From: Balanoglossus misakiensis
Taxonomy: Eukaryota > Animalia > Hemichordata
Assembly (NCBI GenBank): GCA_040954595.2
Contig: CM082576.2
Span: 15,113,028-15,177,027, forward strand
Reading direction: 5' to 3'
DNA length: 64,000 nucleotides
The notes below the pieces were generated by a model. It was given only the letters and a program-made list of their open reading frames with translations. It ran no database searches and was not told the origin of the DNA. Below, piece after piece: positions 63,289 through 64,000 of this stretch (position 1 is its first letter; each line of letters opens with the position of its first letter). The position numbers and the translations under genes were made by a program.

Positions 63289-64000
63289 ACTTGGTTCAAC
63301 TTGAAGTCCGCCTTCTTTTACGTAAATGTTTTTTCTGTTGTTCAGTCTAAATGAACAAGTTAAAGAATAGCCTGAAATGATAACAGCATCTATTTTGAAA
63401 TCATCGTTTTAAGACGGAAAACATTTTGACTTTGTTGTGCTGATTGAGGTTATTAGAACTGTAAAATTTAAACTTTAACTTCTGACCTGTAAAACGCTGC
63501 AGCACAGATTGGGCAGATACTGTCCCAGCGACGAGAAATATGTGATGTAGGCTAAATGGCTACGGTGACCTTTTTTATCATCAGCGACATTTAAAAATTA
63601 AACGTGTTTTTTTTTTTAAATTCGCGCGTAGCCTAATCTTAGGGGCACCGTAGAATGACAAACGTCGCTCACAATAAATTTATTGGATGGTTAAAATGAT
63701 GACCACACAGGTTTACTAAAAATGTGAAACTAGTCAACTAGTATTATGAATATTGGCGTGCAGATATAACATACATGTGAAAGCCCAGAAATAACGCATG
63801 TTATACAACAGAATAAATTCCGTTCCCAAAATCCCCGTATTAGTGCTTTGCAAAGATGGACATCTACTATCTTCGATTTCATGTTTGATTTGAGATGTAA
63901 CGATGTATGGAGATTTGCACTGAAATCATATTGTGCGTGTAAATATAATCTAGTGTCAATAGTCGTATTTAAGGGCGACACCAACCTGTCTTTGAGCAGT

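Overview
AT-rich, intron-rich animal genomic DNA. It resembles a marine invertebrate deuterostome, but the taxon cannot be determined from sequence alone. Manual splicing gives seven genes. (1) The 3' end of an RDH14-like short-chain dehydrogenase (+, to 405). (2) A complete 3-exon RPS29 (+, 1959-3636). (3) A complete 32-exon bifunctional glutamyl-prolyl-tRNA synthetase EPRS (+, 5162-41752, 1511 aa, three WHEP repeats). (4) An intact 10-coding-exon gene nested antisense in EPRS intron 5 (-, 15920-9656, 503 aa). It encodes signal peptide + CUB domain + polycystin-1/adhesion-GPCR-type GAIN domain and stops 14 residues after the GPS autoproteolysis site (HL|T), with no transmembrane part. This apparently secreted, receptor-less GAIN protein is the most unusual item in the window. 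(5-7) Three tandem, divergent, 7-exon OST-alpha (SLC51A)-family genes on the - strand. Introns carry many non-autonomous DNA transposons (TTAA-, TA-, TAA- and 9-bp-TSD types), a Helentron-like element with internal 237-bp repeats, and microsatellites. All exon boundaries were read by eye from splice signals and frame continuity; no transcript or database evidence was available.
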